Positions 1 through 12,368 are shown, counted from the stretch's first letter. The stretch: 64,000 nucleotides of DNA from Vicugna vicugna (GCA_013265495.1 MU058687.1:4214093-4278092); one strand, 5' to 3'. Notes: generated by a model from the sequence alone, not told the origin. Numbers and translations are program-made.

Positions 1-339
1 TAAATGTAACAACAGAAATTAAGAGATGAGGGAGGAAAATGGGGGAGAATAGTGTCCTCACTTTTCACAGGAGGAAGACAGTCTTTACTGGCTAAATTTG
101 AAGGATTAAGTTCAAAGTGATAATGTCAGCCTTTTTCATATTTTTAATAATATCCTTCTAAAATTTCAGTGACTTCTCAAGAAATATACTTACTAAAAAT
201 TAATTTGAAATTTGAAATTTTTGTTAACTTCCTGTATAACTAAAAGTAATTCTAATTAAAATAATATATATAGAGAATTTTTCCATCTTTTGAAGTGCTT
301 CTATTTATTTATCCTTCTATCTGTGTATCTGCTTATTAA

Positions 340-485
340 AAAAAATCTGGGAATATGCTTCCCTAATGTTAATGATGGTTATTTCTTGGTGGTGTGACTA
401 GGAATGTTTCAGAATTTTTTTTCTTAATATTTGTCTACATCTCTCAGACTTCTAATATTAAATACCATTTGTTTAAAAATAAAAC
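340..485 (+). mobile_element. Ancient L1 (L1ME4-like) 3' end
   Basis: atgttaatgatggttatttcttggtggtg...tttttttcttaatatttgtctacat...aaaaataaaa resembles the L1ME4 3' terminus. Confidence 0.5.
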
Positions 486-1062
486 CATTAGAGTGATTTT
501 TCTTTTTAAAAAATGGTAAGAATGAAAGATAGGAAATTATGACTGAGACTAATTTAACATATGCAGGAAATAGGGAGTCTCATTCTGTAAGTAGTTCAAG
601 TATTGTGTAGCTTTTGAAAATACACACAAATAAAGTAAATACCATAGTTTTTCTTTTTCCCTGGGTTGTTTCTGTAACCCAAGATTTTCACAGAAAACTT
701 TTTCCATACTAACGCCTATCACATTACTCAGTATTCCAGTGAAACCCCCTTTCTTTATTTGGAGGGGCCTCTGCAGCCAATGGGGGTGTAGCTTTCCCCC
801 TTCCTGGCCAGAAGACGAGAGTATAGAAAGAAGCCATTGATCATTGAGGCTGATGAACTATCAGGCAATAGGTAAACAGTCAGACAATAAGAAAAAAAAA
901 TCAGTGCTAAAATGTGTTTTTAAATGTCACAATGATTAAATAATATTAATTATTTATACCCCTCTAGAAACAGAAATAGGCCTTCTATGACAAATACAAA
1001 TATACATTACTTGAGGCTAAGAAACATTTTACGGAGAAAATATGTAAGACATTTGTAATAAT

Positions 1063-4000
1063 CAAAATAGGGAACTCTAGAATGGCTGGGCGAGGACCTT
1101 AGCAGACCTCCCCAGTGGAACAACCATTTAACTGGAGAAAATTATTAAAACACACACACACACACACACAAACAACCATTTAAAATCTCTAAAAAATGTT
1201 CTAAGGACACACAACAAATGGAGAAACATTTGTTTAACAGATCTGCTCTTAACAGTATCTCTTAAAACATTATTTAAGAGATCTACCAAATCTCATTAAG
1301 AAAATTGAGAGCTATGACAGTTAAACCACAACCTGCTCCCTTCTCCTACCCTATCCCTGCTCCTTGTTCTGGAAGCTTTATTTCAGGTGGCTGTGGCCAA
1401 GAAGACAGATCTCCTTCTCCTGCCAGTTACCCTAGGACTACAGTTTGATCTTGAAAGGTCAGGCCCTGGTGCCTCTCAGCTCTCCCCAGTTCCATGTTGT
1501 AGAAGCAGTACTCCTGGTAGGCACAGCCAAGAAAAGGGCCCCCTTCTCCTACTCAGTCTCCCGTCATGGGGCAGAAGCTCTGTCCTAAGTATGGTGTGTC
1601 AAGAATATAGGGCCTCCAACTGTCCCTGCTCCAGAGTACTCATATGTTTCATATTAGGAAGAGCACACTGAGAAGACCAGAAACTATCATCTTCCTCCAG
1701 TGGCCACTCATAGAATAGGAGTGTCACTCAGGGATAAGTGGGCCATGTTTCTGCACCCAGTGGGTTACAGGGGCACAGAGGTTCTGCTCAGGGGTAGATG
1801 CAGGCTGTAAGGATGAAGAGCTCTGCTTGAGGTGACTGATTAGTTAGCACAGGGCTTAGAGAAGTTCATGGGTAAAGGAGTTTTGAAAATAATGGTGATC
1901 TTGGTTACTAGGAATTCTGAAGGGAGAGGTAGATCTGTGATGCTAGAAGGAATGAGTAAAATGGGAGATCAGCCAGAAGTTTAACAAAGAGGATCAGGGA
2001 TAGAGAAAGCCATGAAGGGCTATCCTGGGATCACACTCATCCCTGGGGGTCTGGATGGTTGTGCACACTTGCTGGGTTAACCCCTCTCAGGACTAATTAG
2101 AATAGGACTTGGGGAAGATTCGAGAGTATTCCCAAGCTACATGTACATCCATCAGCAAGGGGAAGAGCCTGTTGGCTCAAGGGGCTTAAGTGTAACCTCT
2201 CAGCTGACTGAACAGTAACATACTTTTGTCCGGGGCTATTCCTAGGAAACCAGGCTTAAAACTAAAACCACATTTATCCTTGGTGGGCTGGAGGACTGTG
2301 CATATTCCCAAGACTGCACCTGCTCAGGAGTGACAGGAAGGGCAACTTCCAAGTACTAGTCCCTGGCTGAACATCAGGCAAATTCTTAAACTCCCTCAAC
2401 TGTGAAAGCAGTCTCCAAGTCACACAGATCCACCAGATAGAGGGTAAAATTTAACTGACCAAGGGAGCTTAAGTGCAATAATTGAGCAATTAGTGGCTTA
2501 TACTGAGCCAGGAACAACATCTAGGAAGACAAGCTAAAAGATGAAAACAGGAAAAAATATTTGAGCAGGGATATCACAGCCTTCACAATGCCAGGAAGAT
2601 ATAAGTCATGGAATTAGTTCAGCCAAGTCATTAAACAAATAAACAAATGAACAAATAGAAAGAAGTAGCCCTGGTGGCGGTTGGGGAGGGGAGAGCAGTA
2701 TCCAGACTTGCTACCATCTAGTATCTAAAATGTCCAGTATTCAAGAGAAAATTGTGAAACATACACAGGAACACATACAGGCAATAGAAATTGCCCAGAT
2801 GTTGCACTTAGCAGACAAACTACGCCAAAGCTATTGTAAACATGTTCAAAGGATTAAGGGAAATTGTGCTTAAAAATTTAAACAAGGTAACAATGATTTA
2901 TCAAATAGAGAATATTAATAAAGAGATTAAAATCATATCTATATATTTATATTTCAGCTTTTCAGCTCTAACATTTCCATCATTTGGAGATAATCTACTT
3001 ACCCATCTATCTATATCTATCTCTCTGTCTATCTATCTTGAAAATACCTTGAAAATCTAAATGAAAAATTCACTAGGGGGGTTCAACAATAAATTTGAGT
3101 TAGCAGAAGAAAAAATCTGCAAGCTTGAAGATATATCAATAGAAATTAACAATCTAAATTGAAAGAAAATGAATGAAGATAAAAAACAGAACATCAGATA
3201 AATATGGGCATCATTAAGTCTACCAATATATGTATGATGGGAGTACTGGGAAAAAGAGAGAATAGAACAACAACAAAAAAATTCAATGAATTAATGATTG
3301 AAATTTTCCCAAATTTGATGAAAAACACTAATGTACATATCAGTGAGCTCTAAATACAATCAATGCAAAGAATTATTCACAGCTAGACTCATTATGATAG
3401 AAATGTTGAAAATCAAAGAGAAAGAGAAAAATCTTGAAAGCAGCAAGAGAAACGTGACTCATCTTATACAAGGGCCCACGATAAGATTAACAGCCAGTGT
3501 CTGTTCAGAAACAGTGGAAGCCAAAGGCAATGAGTTGACATTAAAAGTACTGACAGAAATAACATCAACCAAGAATCCTATAGACAACAGAACTGTCTTT
3601 CAAAAGTGAAAGTGAAATAAAGATATATCCAGGTGAACAGAAAACAGATAATTCATTGCTAGTATAAGAACTATTAAACAAGCTGAAAGGAAGTGACAGC
3701 AGACAGTAATTTGAGTCTATGTGAAAAAACAAAGAGCTCCAATAAAGGTAATTGTGTAGGTAATGATAAAAGCATAATTACACATTTCTTTTTCTTTCTT
3801 CTCTTAACGGATTTTAAAAGCAATTGCATAAAACAGTCTATAAAACTGTGTTGTTGGGACTATAACATATAGAATTGTAATATATTTGACAATAAAACAA
3901 AAATGAATGAAGCTACACTGCAGAACAGAAATGACACCAGATGGTAAGTTGAATCCACAAGAAGAAATGAAGAGAGACAGAGATGGTAAATAATAAGCTT

Positions 4001-4384
4001 ACTTAAAAAAAAAAACAAACTCTATAAATATATTTGAGCTCTCCTTTCTTCTCTTCTTAAAAAGACAGGAGTTTTTATACAGCAATGATTTTAACAATGT
4101 ATTTTTGAGTTTGAAACATATATAGACATCATTTGAATAACAGTAATAACACAAAAAAGAGAAGAGAGCTATGAAAGAGTAAAGTTTCTCTATCTTGCTG
4201 GAGTTTAGTATAAATATGAAATAGATTCTGATAAAGATGTATATTGTAAGCCCTAGACCAACCACTAAGAAAGAAACTCAAATATATAGTTAACAAACAT
4301 TAAAGGAGTTAAAATAATATGCTAGGAAATAGTCACATAGGACAAAAAGAAATAGTAAAGGAGGAAAAGAGGGACAAAATAGGG
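1063..4384 (+). mobile_element. Old L1 (L1MC/L1MD-like): 5'UTR, degenerate ORF1 and inter-ORF region; ORF2 and 3' end absent
   Basis: ORF1p remnants in ORFs 2842-3060 (IENINKEIKII) and 3331-3609 (RLIMIEMLKIKEKEKNLESSK..GPTIRLTASVCSETVEAK, compare consensus RHIIIKLLK.KDKEKILKAAR..G.TIRLTADFSSETMEAR). A-rich sense strand; flanked by the direct repeat caaaataggg. Confidence 0.85.
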
Positions 4385-5224
4385 GAGCTGTGTAAGTACC
4401 ACCATGTGGGCATCCCATGGTGTGGTCTCTCATTACTCAGCAATCAGATAGATTTTTGGATTGAATGACTTTACTTATTCGGATTCATTTTCCCCTCAAA
4501 TTAGAATTCTATTCATGGTACTCCTTGTGTTTGAAATCTTTCAAGTAAATTAATATACATTCTGGAATAAATTTTGTTTTAGCTGATTCCTATATTGAAC
4601 TTTTTGTTTCATCACCCTCCCTTTAAAAATACCATGTTAATAATAGAACACAGTCACCAAGATACATACGGAGGTAGACACTGAGATACACACTTTGTTT
4701 TGTACCATTAGGTATCCAACTGCATACTCACCTGGTATTTATTCTCTGATACTATCAATATAGACATAAAGATACATTCATTTTTACCTATGTCGTGGCA
4801 CTACACATATGTAGGGGGATAAAAGTGGCCATTAGTTTTGGAATTATTTAAGTTGAATGTATCAAAACAACCATTTCATGGCTCACTGAAACACTAACAT
4901 CTTTTAAAAAGGAATATATACATATGTGTGGGTGTTTATAGTAGAAGGGACAGAGTGATAATTGATGGTGTTAATACTTACATAAACACATAGAGCATCG
5001 TGCATATGAATATATAACAATATATTATTTAGAAATATGTTATCTATGTTTATATAATCCAATATATTCATAAATAATATACAGCTGTAAATAATGTCAT
5101 GCATGTATATGTGCGCACATGTGTGTTGACGTACACACAGACACACACACAATATACACAGGAATACCACACTCTGCCATGAAGCATTACAGATGTACTT
5201 TGGGTGCTTTTGGCAGAACTGTTA

Positions 5225-5432
5225 CATGTACAGCTGTGAGAATCTAACTGCCTATGTTTAACTTCCAGCTCTGCCATTTGTCACACATGTGACCTGGTGT
5301 CTATAAAATGTAATAATAATATTGTCTTCTTCACAGTGTTTTTGTGAGGATTAAATGCCTTCTTAATGCATGTAAAGTCCTAGAAAGCACCAGGCAAATA
5401 GTAAGTGCTCAATAAATTTTAGCTATCATTAC
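5225..5432 (+). mobile_element. MIR SINE
   Basis: ccagctctgccattt...tgtgacctgg...ttgtgaggattaaatg...gtaagtgctcaataaat: MIR core and tail. Confidence 0.8.
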
Positions 5433-6134
5433 TGATCTTTGGATTCTGCTCTTTCAGGAAGTGAAAAAGTTTCTTTCAAAAAAAAGTTTTTTCACACCTG
5501 GAGCATGTGTTAAATTTAGATTATGCTTCTCATCTAAGAACAGATCGTCAAAATATGTTTTTCAATTTGTTGGTGTCTGTAACTGTCACATCTTTATTTG
5601 TGATCCTCTTAGAGTTTGCAAATTGTAATATACAATGATAGCCATGTCATGGGTTTTACCCAGGTGATGGTTGATTCCCAGGCATGAGAGGTGTATTGTA
5701 TTGTTTTCCAGGGACCTTTTATGTGTTGTGTAAATATGGTTGGGGGTATGATAATGACAGAGGCTATTTTGGGAACCTTCCATGTGATCTGCCTGGTGCC
5801 TCCCTGTTCCTATTCCTTTGACACAGGAGGATGGAAGATGTTTGTCTCTTTTGTTCAGTTAGATCCTTAATGCCTAGGAGAGTGCCTGGTACACAGTATG
5901 ACAGATTAGCATATTGTGGTACCTCGTAATCTAAGACCATTCATTTACTTCCCAGTATCTACCGAAGTCTTGATTTTATTCTAATCTCAGAGCACTTTTA
6001 TACAACTATTCTCTTGGCTGTGGTAGTTGTAAACTGCTTTCCTCTTATTCTTCATGAAACACAGGACTCAAGTTTTGTAGAGTCTTTTGTTCTGTTGTAT
6101 CTACCGCATACGGAATTATAAGCACTACTGTTCA

Positions 6135-6356
6135 TGAGGGCATTTTAACTTTTGCCAAATACCTTCATGCCTATTATTTCATTTGGTATCTTTCACAAGT
6201 TTGTGAACATGGGACTAATGCCATCATAGGCCTTTTGCAAATGAGGAACTACAACCGCAGAGTTTAAGGGGTCTGCTGAAGATCTCATAGCTTAAAAGTG
6301 GCGATGGAGGTCTAGCAAACACAGGTCACCTGTCTACAGATTTGGTGCCCTCTCCA
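6135..6356 (-). mobile_element. MIR SINE ending ~80 nt upstream of the NRXN3 exon
   Basis: ttttgcaaatgaggaact...agagtttaagg...aagatctcatagct: reverse-strand MIR core. Confidence 0.65.
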
Positions 6357-6434
6357 TCCGATTCTGCTTACCCTGGAAGCAAAGGCAAACTCTGGCATCC
6401 TCATCCTAATGACCCCCTCCTCTCTTCCCTGCAG

Positions 6435-6638
6435 AGGCATCCATCTTGAGCTACGACGGCAGCATGTACATGAAGGTCATCATGCCCATGGTCATGCACA
6501 CCGAGGCCGAGGACGTGTCCTTCCGCTTCATGTCCCAGCGGGCTTACGGGCTGCTGGTGGCTACTACCTCCAGGGACTCTGCTGACACCTTGCGTCTGGA
6601 GCTGGATGGGGGACGCGTCAAGCTCATGGTTAACTTAG
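6435..6638 (+). CDS. NRXN3: Neurexin-3-alpha constitutive exon (204 nt, phase 1-1), N-terminal part of LNS/laminin-G domain 4: (E)[67 protein letters not shown]
   Basis: The translation matches remembered NRXN3 sequence. Acceptor ccccctcctctcttccctgcag| has branch-like cctaat/aatgac at 6405-6413; donor is TTAG|gtatcg. Codons are GC3-rich and CpG-retaining, unlike the flanks. Confidence 0.97.
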
Positions 6639-7149
6639 GTATCGTATGGAGTACCCTCTGCCACTCTGTTTGGGCTTGTCTTCCCTTTCTTTTCTGATTT
6701 TTATTGGTTTGATTGGAGTCTTTGTTTCTTGAAAGTTAGCTGCTCACCTCTTGTTTAATAGACCAAGGATAAAACCCAACAGCAACAAACACCTTCTCCT
6801 TGTTTCTGCATGAGGTTTTGATGTCAATTTCTGGTTTCTGACAGTGGTGGTTTCTTTACTAGAAGATTTGTTTTCTAAGTTTCCTTTCTTGGTTTTTTGG
6901 AACCGTTTAGCTTTGTGTAAAACACGCTACTTTGGTCCATCTTTTGATCAGTCACATTCCCATTAAGTCCAACTCCTTGGTCACCACTCAAAACAGTCGA
7001 AGCAGAGGGCAGGGTCAGGGCAGGAGATGGAAGCAAAATGGGAGGGTGGTGTTGGAGAGAACGAAGCCATGTGAGTTGGATGAGAAATGCATTGTTTCTG
7101 GCTCTGCAAGGACTGTTCATGTGGGGAATTCTGGCGGTCTTGATGACAC

Positions 7150-7168
7150 TGGTGCCTCCTAGTGGGGA
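7150..7168 (-). promoter_or_regulatory. Predicted CTCF motif
   Basis: Minus strand reads TCCCCACTAGGAGGCACCA, close to the CCASYAGRKGGCR core. Confidence 0.5.
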
Positions 7169-8730
7169 GCACAAGTCACACTGTTTCTGTTGTCCCTTGG
7201 GAGAAAAAATTCTATCAGTTTAGTCTCTGACACGTGGAAGGACTTTACAGCTCCTGATAGTATCCCTTTCCTCCTTCCTGACATTCCTGCCCATCATTCA
7301 GCAGCCCTTTTTGTAAAGATTATTATGTCACACTGTTACTCTGTTCTCCTCATGTAATACATATCTGTACTTCCTTATTGTTGAAAAATTGTGACAATTT
7401 CAGATTTGTAGCTTTATGGAGAGAGGACCTGTTCTTCCACTGTAATTCCCTCCCTGTAACGGATATTTTGGAAATTGCTCTTTTATGACCTCACATTCTC
7501 TCGGGCTGCTGACTTTCTTGACTGAATTCTAACCAATCTTCTGTGGAGAATGGGAACCTCTTGGTTTTGGGAAGGGAAAAAAAAATGCCCCTATTTCTGC
7601 TGATGCTACTCATCAGAAAAGTCAGTGCCCTCTGTTGACAGGATTAATGGGATTAGTGATATAGCTGAGTCCAAACTTTATAAGCTGGATTTCTTTGGGT
7701 ATGTAGAATATGTTTAGACATACAACTCCTTTGTAAAGATGTCAGTGGAATGGCTTGTCAGAGGCATGGAGAAGACATGATGGACAAATGCATGAGATGT
7801 GAGATGATATAAAAACCCTAGATAGCCCAGTAGGAAGGTGGGGTTTGAAATCCATACCAGGCTTGTCTGCTGTCAGGTCAACTGGTCACCCTGGCAAAGT
7901 GCCTATACTGCAACCCTAAAAATCTCTAGGACTCAGAAGACTGTTTTGAGCAGTGGCTTGTTTAGTTGTGTCTTTTTCCCCTCAATTTGCAGCTTTTACA
8001 ATACTATGCCCTTTTTCTTTTCCAACCACATTTGATTTCTATTGTCAGTGTGTCTCTTGGTTTTCCTTTTGTTTGTGTACGTGTGTGTTTGATTATTTTG
8101 GGTTTTGTTTTTCTCTTTTGCTGGTTCTTTGTGAGTGTTCTTGAGTTTCCAATCCTCCCCACCATCAGCCATGGTAAATCAAAAGATGGTATTCAACCCT
8201 TCAAAGGCCCAAAGCCTGCGGCCCGCACAGCAAACAGCCTTGTGAACAAAGCGTACTGAGCAGCCTGCAGGGGCTGGCATTCCCCTGTCCCCCTCCCTCT
8301 CCCCTCCCTACACCATCCTCCCCACCTGAAAGAAACCAATCAGGGTGTATAGCTAAATTCAACCACCAGTAGCCAACTGTCAACTTCTCTGAAAAGCAAC
8401 AGAAGAAATAAAAAACAAAAATACCCACCCAAACCCAAACCCAAACCCCAAACAAACCTCCTAAGTAGCTCACAGAAAGAAGATGGGGTCAATCTTTAAC
8501 TGCATCAGTTTCAAGGTAAGAGAGAGCCAGAGACATAGGGATGATTCAGGCCCGTGGGGTCCTGGGGAAATGTGGCCCCCCTTTAAACAGACAACTTGTT
8601 TTTTTCCTTTTGAGATGTTGTTTTGTAAAGTTTTAGAAAGCCAACTGTGACAGGTCTCACATCTTAGAAGGAAAAATGAGGGACGGAGGGAATAAAAGGG
8701 GAAGAGGAAAGAGGGGAACAGATTCTCTCC

Positions 8731-8773
8731 CTCTCTCTCTCTCTCTTACACACATGCACACACACACACACAC
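8731..8773. repeat. (CT)n(CA)n compound microsatellite
   Basis: ctctctctctctctcttacacacatgcacacacacacacacac. Confidence 0.9.
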
Positions 8774-9654
8774 AGTTAGTCATAGATCCCTCCTGTGTTC
8801 CTAGAAGCATTATTTTTCCATTTTAAACTCTCACTGGAATCTGGGAGGTGTCCTTTTTTTTTTTTTCCAGTAAGACTCTGCTTTTGCCTTCTGGCTCCGT
8901 TTTCTGCGCACAATCAGTGCAGCTCCTCCTGAGTTGAGGCATCTCAGGCAGAGGAGAGTCGGTCCCTCCCTAGAGAACACTGCTTCTCTGGAAGCCACAG
9001 TGACTTCTTTTTCCCCTGAAGGGTATGGTTGACGACAATTAATTACTGGTTTGAATCTACTCAACTTTCTTTCAAATGTAACATAGACAATGGAATTTAA
9101 ATTCCTTATCCTTGTGTCTACACAAGTCCTCACACCCATGCCTTGTTTGAAGGTTCACCTTCCACTCCCTGCCCAGAATACACCCCTCCTCCTTGTCATG
9201 CATGCATATTCTCCCTTTCTTGGTTATAGTAGAAAACATCTCCATGTGGAGTGTGCATTCACATACACAGTCCCCAAGAACTAATTTCAAGTGAGCATTT
9301 TGTTCCCTCACTCCACGTAAGTTGTGTCTGTTTTCTGGCACAGGCATAAATGGTGTACTAATGTATTTCAAATTGTTCATACATGTCAGCTCATGATATA
9401 ACCAGCTAGTACCTATTTATCTGACATAATGTATCTCCTAAATATCCAGGAGACTGGGCTTTTCCAAGGGCCTTACTTTCTGAAGAGAACTAGCTGTGGT
9501 TTACCAACAGGCGTGAGTAGCTTCCCGCCACCCACAGCACGTTTGTAAAAGGTGTGAGGTTGGCCACTGACTAATCATATTTTGATCTCTTAGAGTGAAA
9601 AGATATAGTAGTAACTTTTATTATTACAGTATTTTAAAATATTTTAAAAGTCTT

Positions 9655-9790
9655 GTCTTTAATCTCACAGTAACACTGTGAGATACATCCGTAAAGTGTG
9701 TTTATGATTGCTTTACAGATGTGAAACAAAGAAAGACAGATGTGACTGTTCAGAGCAGAGATGGGACTAGAACCCATCTTTCTAAACTAC
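9655..9790 (-). mobile_element. MIR SINE fragment
   Basis: tttaatctcacagtaacactgtgagat...ctttacagatgtgaaac...gggactagaaccca. Confidence 0.6.
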
Positions 9791-10179
9791 TAGATCATCA
9801 TGGGTTATCTGTTACCTCCACAGGTCAATACCGTGGATCAATGATGTGACAGTCTTAATGACGTCTAACTGCTTTCATGATGGCCACCTTTTAAACATGC
9901 ACAGGAGTCTTTTTCCTTAGTGCTTGGTTTGAGTTGAGCCATACAGCAGAAAAGTTAGTCAGTACTGGCACAGCCTCATCCATGGCCCATGCAGGCAGCC
10001 CATCTTCAATGGTGGAGGCTTGTAGGCAGTGGACTGTTTATTGTGTGCATCACTGAAGACAAACTCTTAGAAATATTCACCTCTTCCATGCTCAATCCAA
10101 AACTCATCAATATGGGAAATAATAATTTCTCCCTTATTTACTAAAATAAAGCAAAGAACTGATTTAAACAGAATGAACA

Positions 10180-10240
10180 ACGTGCACACATGTGCACACA
10201 CGCACACATGTGCACACACACGCACACGCACACGCACACA
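10180..10240. repeat. 61-bp uninterrupted alternating purine-pyrimidine (CA/CG/TG) tract
   Basis: acgtgcacacatgtgcacacacgcacacatgtgcacacacacgcacacgcacacgcacaca. Confidence 0.9.
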
Positions 10241-12368
10241 GCCCTTAAACGCCACACCAAGGCTCAGGCAGAGAGAGAGCTCTGGCTGCTCCTGAATCTC
10301 TAAAGGAAACTGCCTTCCCAGGCCAATTCCTCTGATTGATTTTTCATTAAAAAAATGCATCCTCACTATCAAGACTACCGTCTCAAACTCTGTGAACAAG
10401 AGCCTAGGGTAGATGTTTCTTCTCCAACCACTTCTTCCTCAAGTAAAGTAACAGAATAATTTTTCACTTCTCGACTTAGCCCCTGCCAATTATCTGTTAT
10501 CTTGAAAACTCCAAGTACTCACATTGGTTTAAAGACACCATTCAGTTTATGGACCCATTTGGGTGAACCCAGAATGAGGAGCCCAACTCAGCATCTCTCC
10601 TAGACCAGGTCCTTGACTAAGAATAAATAAATCCTCAGTAGCACAGAAACCAAAGAAGAAAGCCACTTCTTGTTCACAGTTCTTGGGTTTGTTGCTTTAG
10701 GCTCACTGTGTCCCTGTCCCTCCCTCGGAAGCATGCCCACACACCTGTTTCCCCTCTCTCTCGGATACATCAGGAAGGGGCGTTTCTCCAGCTTTGGGCG
10801 ATGACTGGTGCCACCAGTAGCTGAGGCCACACTTCTCCCTCCCTGCTGCCCTCCCCTCCCCAGTCCTCACCAGGGGCATGGCCTCCTCTGTCTGGTGATC
10901 GTACCAGTTGCTCCAGGGCTGTTTGCTCCCACTTTTCTGTTGCGGTTGACGACACATGACAAACCTAACCGCACGAAACCAAACCCAGATTTTTCCCAAG
11001 AGATGTTCTTCTGGGGAACCGATAAGCTTCCCACCCCCTTCCTCAGAACGACTGGGTGTTAATAAATGCTCTTACCTGGATTCACATAGTTTCACTCTGC
11101 CCTGTCGTTTGCCACTGGTTTCTTTCTCACTTGCCTAACGTGGTTTACTTTGGGAAATTCAAATGGTGGCATTATCTTCCACAAGTCCTCCAGAACTATT
11201 GGGTACCTTAGGCAGAAGAAGAGCACAGTTTCTAGCTGTATTTTTTTTTCCAATAACTTTCTCCCTCTTCAACTTTATCATTTTACTTCCTCCTTTTAAC
11301 ATCTGGCTTTAAACAAATTCTTATTGGAATTCCCACTACCGTAAACAAAACTTAGGTTCAGCTGAGCAGCTTGCTAACAATTAACCTGAGTCATTTCTCT
11401 AACCATTCTGTCCAGTCCTCTATAATATCCATTGACTCTACTCAAGACCCTTTATGCTGTGTGTCCACGACTCCAAACAGATATTAGTAAAAGGACAGGT
11501 GCTGTGATCTCTGGTGCTTAATACTCTCTGGTGACCAGCACTGGAAACTTAGCCACCCTGTCGTCCCTCTCTTTCCCATCAAAAATATAAATAAAAATGA
11601 AGACTTTCCTCTCTTCAAGATGCAGGCTCACAGAGTGAAATAGGTAGGGTGTCAAAGGTGCCTGAGACCTCCTCCCCACGTGCCTGCCTCGCCTTCTCCT
11701 CGAATGCTGTAGGCAGTTGGTTCAGTCTGAGCATTCAGGCAGGAAGACGGAGGTGGGCTCCGTGAGTGGGTTGGTCTGGGGGCCTTTGAAAGCATAGACG
11801 AGACCCCAGTCAATTGTGATAACATCGTACAACCCCTTTTATCCTACACCCGGCCCCACCTCTCTAAAATCTGGGATGGGTGTTTGTGCGGTTAGCTGTT
11901 TGCAAGTGGCCATTTTATGACAGGAAATGACCAGGTTGTGTTAACCCTTTCCTTGCCTCTGAGGATCACGGCAAGTCTGCCTATGTAAATTTCTATAGCA
12001 TCTGGGGCCCGACCTAAGGAGAGAGGGTGGAGGGAGTTTGGTTTTAGAAAAAGAGAAAGGGTTAAATACTGCACTGAGAAACTTCATGGACAGATTTTTT
12101 TTTTTAAATGATACAATGTGTCAGGCTGGTGATATATATTTGGAATACTAAAACAAAAAATTGTGTTGATGCTACTTTTAGAGATAAATTTTAAGAAAAC
12201 CAATTGTAGAGGGAAACAAAATATAACCTGCATTTGGTGGGGAAATTTTTGCAGTATTTTCCAAGTTTAACAAAATTCATATTTCAAAGTCCAGGTTTGA
12301 AATATTTTATATACATGAATAGGTTTTTTGAAAGAAAAAAAAAAGCAGCATACTCGGTGTCTATTGTG

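Noticed and set aside
2842..3609. ORFs as a functional L1 ORF1 or domesticated gene
   Set aside because: Fragmented by stops, frameshifts and a (TATC)n insertion.
6446..6697. ORF-track 83-aa ORF as a standalone gene
   Set aside because: It is an internal NRXN3 exon. The 'start' is a TTG Leu codon and the tail GIVWSTLC.. is read-through past the donor at 6639.
9662..9684. 10-bp perfect hairpin atctcacagt-aac-actgtgagat and the nearby 18-bp AT palindrome (9632-9649)
   Set aside because: The hairpin lies in an inherently quasi-palindromic MIR segment, and the other is low-complexity AT sequence.
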